Below, one piece after another: positions 61,691 to 64,000 of a stretch of DNA of 64,000 bases; the stretch's first letter is position 1; each line of letters begins with the position of its first letter. Source of the DNA: Patescibacteria group bacterium (GTDB lineage: Bacteria > Patescibacteriota > Minisyncoccia > Phycocordibacterales > UBA1550); contig JBBTWP010000001.1 in assembly GCA_038062675.1 (NCBI GenBank), positions 48,920 through 112,919 on the forward strand. The letters run 5' to 3'. Under the pieces are notes generated by a model. That model was not told where the DNA came from. It saw only the letters and a program-made list of their open reading frames with translations, and did not search any database. The position numbers and the translations under genes were made by a program.

Positions 61691-62683
61691 CTACTGTATA
61701 ACCTTAGTAGCAGCACCCAAGGTTTCCTGATTGAGCGGAATTCCCAGTGCTTTGGCGTTAGAAACACTAATGATATATTCAATTTTTTCGGGTTGTTCGA
61801 AAGGAATCACTCCAGGGTTTTCTCCTGAAAGCACTTTGTTTGCTATTCGTGCCAAGGAACGTCCCATTTCGCCATAGTCTGGCCCATATGAAGCAAACGC
61901 TCCACTCTTAATTGCCGTTTCGTCAGGCATAATCATAGGGAGTTTTTCTTCGAGCGATCTCTTCAGGAAAAGGTCTGCCTTTGAAAAGAGCGACCCGTGA
62001 GGGTAGAACAAAATGGCGTCGAATTCCTTTTTTGTAATTTTGTTGAGAACGTTTTGGAGGTCATCCTTGCTCGGGTTTGTGAGTGGAAATTCTGTTAGGG
62101 TGACGCCAAGCTGGGGTGCTTGAGCATTTGCAATAGGTCGTGCCTTTTTTGTGGGCCCGCATGTAGTGTCGTACACAATAGCTATTTTTTTTATGCTCGG
62201 GATTGCTTTTTTGAGCAACTCAATTCGTTTTGGAGTGAGCTCGATGTTTTGTTGAGAAATTCCTGCCAGATTGAAGCCCGAACCTTGGAGTGTTTTAACA
62301 TACCCGTGTTCAACAGGATCACCAAGGGCTGTTAAAACCGCAATAGTTTTAGTTTTAGCAGTTATTTTGAAAGTAGGACCAGAGCTGATGGTTGTGATGA
62401 TGGCGGGGTTTTGAGCAATAGCCTCGTCTATGTATTGATCGAGCTTATCTTTGTCTCCTAGAGCATCTTTATAGGTGATGTTGACATTACCGTCGGGGCG
62501 AGAAGCTTTTAACGTTTTTATAAAATTGTCGAGAAAAATGCCGTACGTTTCACCACCCGGATTAATGACATACACTTGTTGTGCGGTTTGTTTTTTTGTA
62601 ACTGCACCTGTTTGTGACTTATAGATGTAAAATCCACCGCCGGTAAGTAGAAGTATTCCTAATAAAACAAAAAATTTTTTCAT
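61691..62683 (-). CDS. orphan ABC-type substrate-binding protein (ABC_sub_bind-like)
   Basis: N-terminal anchor; DPVEHGYV..NLAG, KRIELLK, SYGPDY, KVLSGENPGVIPFEQP. Confidence 0.8.
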   Translation of the reverse strand: MKKFFVLLGILLLTGGGFYIYKSQTGAVTKKQTAQQVYVINPGGETYGIFLDNFIKTLKASRPDGNVNITYKDALGDKDKLDQYIDEAIAQNPAIITTISSGPTFKITAKTKTIAVLTALGDPVEHGYVKTLQGSGFNLAGISQQNIELTPKRIELLKKAIPSIKKIAIVYDTTCGPTKKARPIANAQAPQLGVTLTEFPLTNPSKDDLQNVLNKITKKEFDAILFYPHGSLFSKADLFLKRSLEEKLPMIMPDETAIKSGAFASYGPDYGEMGRSLARIANKVLSGENPGVIPFEQPEKIEYIISVSNAKALGIPLNQETLGAATKVIQ

Positions 62684-62762
62684 GATGCTGATTTATAAAT
62701 ATATCCACTGCTTATAGTAATACTTAAGTCTAACATGCAAGGGGGGGGGGTATTCAAAGTTT

Positions 62763-64000
62763 TTATTTGTGGATAAGTTTTGAAACCTTTTGTTCTTCTC
62801 CTGTGTCGATGACATCATAACCAAGAGCTTGAATGTTTGCACGTAGTTCGTCAGAACGAGACCAATTTTTGGTGAGACGGGCTTCTTTGCGTGCAGTGAG
62901 GAGTGTTTGAATTTCGGGGGGCACGACAATATATTTGGGTTCGTTTATGGAAAGCTGAAGTCCAAGGGCACGGTCGAAATCGAGAAGTGTCGCTGTTTTG
63001 TCGGCAGGAGAAAGTGCTTCACTTTTTGCGACTTCCCACGCAAGCGCGAGGGCGCGCGGGGTGTCGAGGTCGTTGGCGATAATCTCAGCAAAGCGCGCAC
63101 GATATTCTGCATGTATTATGCCTGATTCTGTCCCCAGATGAGTTTTGAGGCGCCCGAGGGCGGTCTGTGCTCCCTCAAGCGCTTCCCATGTGAAGTTTGC
63201 CTTTGAGCGATAGTGTGCTGTTAGAGTCCAGTAACGAAAAGCGAGGGGGTCAATGCTGTGTTCGATGACCATTTTAAGGGTGGTGAAATTGCCGAGCGAT
63301 TTCGACATTTTTTGTCCGTCAACGGTGAGGAATTCTTCATGTAACCAAAGTTTTGAAAATAGTTTTCCTGTCGCCGCTTCGGACTGAGCTATTTCGTTGG
63401 TGTGGTGGGGGAAAATAAGGTCAACGCCACCAGTGTGAATGTCGAGCGTTTCGCCGAGCTCGGCAAGTGCCATGGCGGAGCATTCAACGTGCCAGCCCGG
63501 ACGACCGCGCCCAAACGATGCTGCAAACACATTTTCGCCGTCGTCTTCAGTCCAAAATTTCCAAAGTGCAAAGTCCCGTGGATCTTTCTTTTCGTATTCG
63601 TCGGTTTCGATGCGAGATTGCGTTTCAGCGCTGAGGTCGAGGCGTGCGAGAGCTCCATACCCTTTGGATTTTTTTATATCAAAATAGACGCCATTGGGGG
63701 TTGTGTAGGCGTATTCGTCTCGCAAGAGTTTTTCAATGAGGGCGACCATTCCACCAACGTGGTCGGTGGCTCGTGGGAGTGCGTGGGGGGTTTTTATGTT
63801 GAGATGTGCGAGGTCCGCGAGAAATAAATTTTCATAACGACGCGTAAGGTCGCCCATAGTCGTCCCTTCTTCGCGACTTCTTGCTATGATCTTGTCGTCA
63901 ATATCGGTGATATTCATCACTTGCTTGACCATATAATTGGAATACTCAAGAGTACGCCTGAGAAGGTCGTTGGTGATGAACGTGCGTAGATTTCCAATAT
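62763..64000 (-). CDS. cysS: cysteine--tRNA ligase (5' end beyond window)
   Basis: HIGNLR at window edge, NITDIDDK, GRPGWHVECSAM, DLIFPHH, KMSKSLGN. Confidence 0.96.
   Translation of the reverse strand, partial: IGNLRTFITNDLLRRTLEYSNYMVKQVMNITDIDDKIIARSREEGTTMGDLTRRYENLFLADLAHLNIKTPHALPRATDHVGGMVALIEKLLRDEYAYTTPNGVYFDIKKSKGYGALARLDLSAETQSRIETDEYEKKDPRDFALWKFWTEDDGENVFAASFGRGRPGWHVECSAMALAELGETLDIHTGGVDLIFPHHTNEIAQSEAATGKLFSKLWLHEEFLTVDGQKMSKSLGNFTTLKMVIEHSIDPLAFRYWTLTAHYRSKANFTWEALEGAQTALGRLKTHLGTESGIIHAEYRARFAEIIANDLDTPRALALAWEVAKSEALSPADKTATLLDFDRALGLQLSINEPKYIVVPPEIQTLLTARKEARLTKNWSRSDELRANIQALGYDVIDTGEEQKVSKLIHK

Noticed and set aside
62768-62776. Perfect DnaA box (TGTGGATAA) as oriC
   Set aside because: It is a single box inside the cysS 3' end, with no box cluster or dnaA/dnaN nearby.

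Overview
This 64 kb window looks like chromosome from a Patescibacteria/CPR (Parcubacteria-like) bacterium. That assignment is inferred from a truncated ATP synthase epsilon and L13, AlaRS without C-Ala, SD-less or leaderless starts, and Gmad2, DUF5671 and sigma70-r4/HARE-HTH-like genes. The core content is the atpEFHAGDC operon, ychF, leuS, mltG, mnmA, alaS, infA, rpmJ-rpsMKD-rpoA-rplQ-rplM-rpsI, grpE-dnaK-dnaJ, rplU, recR, dnaB and a partial cysS. The most notable feature is a 5.9 kb integrase-less island (47631-53535) between two 357-bp copies of the dnaJ 3' end. It encodes a HisC-like aminotransferase, a GNAT-like protein, an M20 hydrolase, an LMW-PTP, a TyrRS and a divergent prephenate dehydratase. 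It also contains an unannotated, apparently leaderless Tyr-rich uORF (MVVALKSIFVGYSYSYYSSRR) with mutually exclusive terminator/antiterminator helices, which is a candidate tyrosine-sensing attenuator. Other observations are a candidate standalone structured sRNA between ychF and a duplicated ychF 3' tail, self-contained promoter-SD-ORFan-terminator cassettes between mostly leaderless core genes, a bacteriocin-like precursor with a possible immunity gene, and an unknown enzyme coupled to an orphan 7TM histidine kinase. No rRNA, tRNA, CRISPR array, transposase or integrase was recognised. All calls are by eye, with no database searches or folding run.
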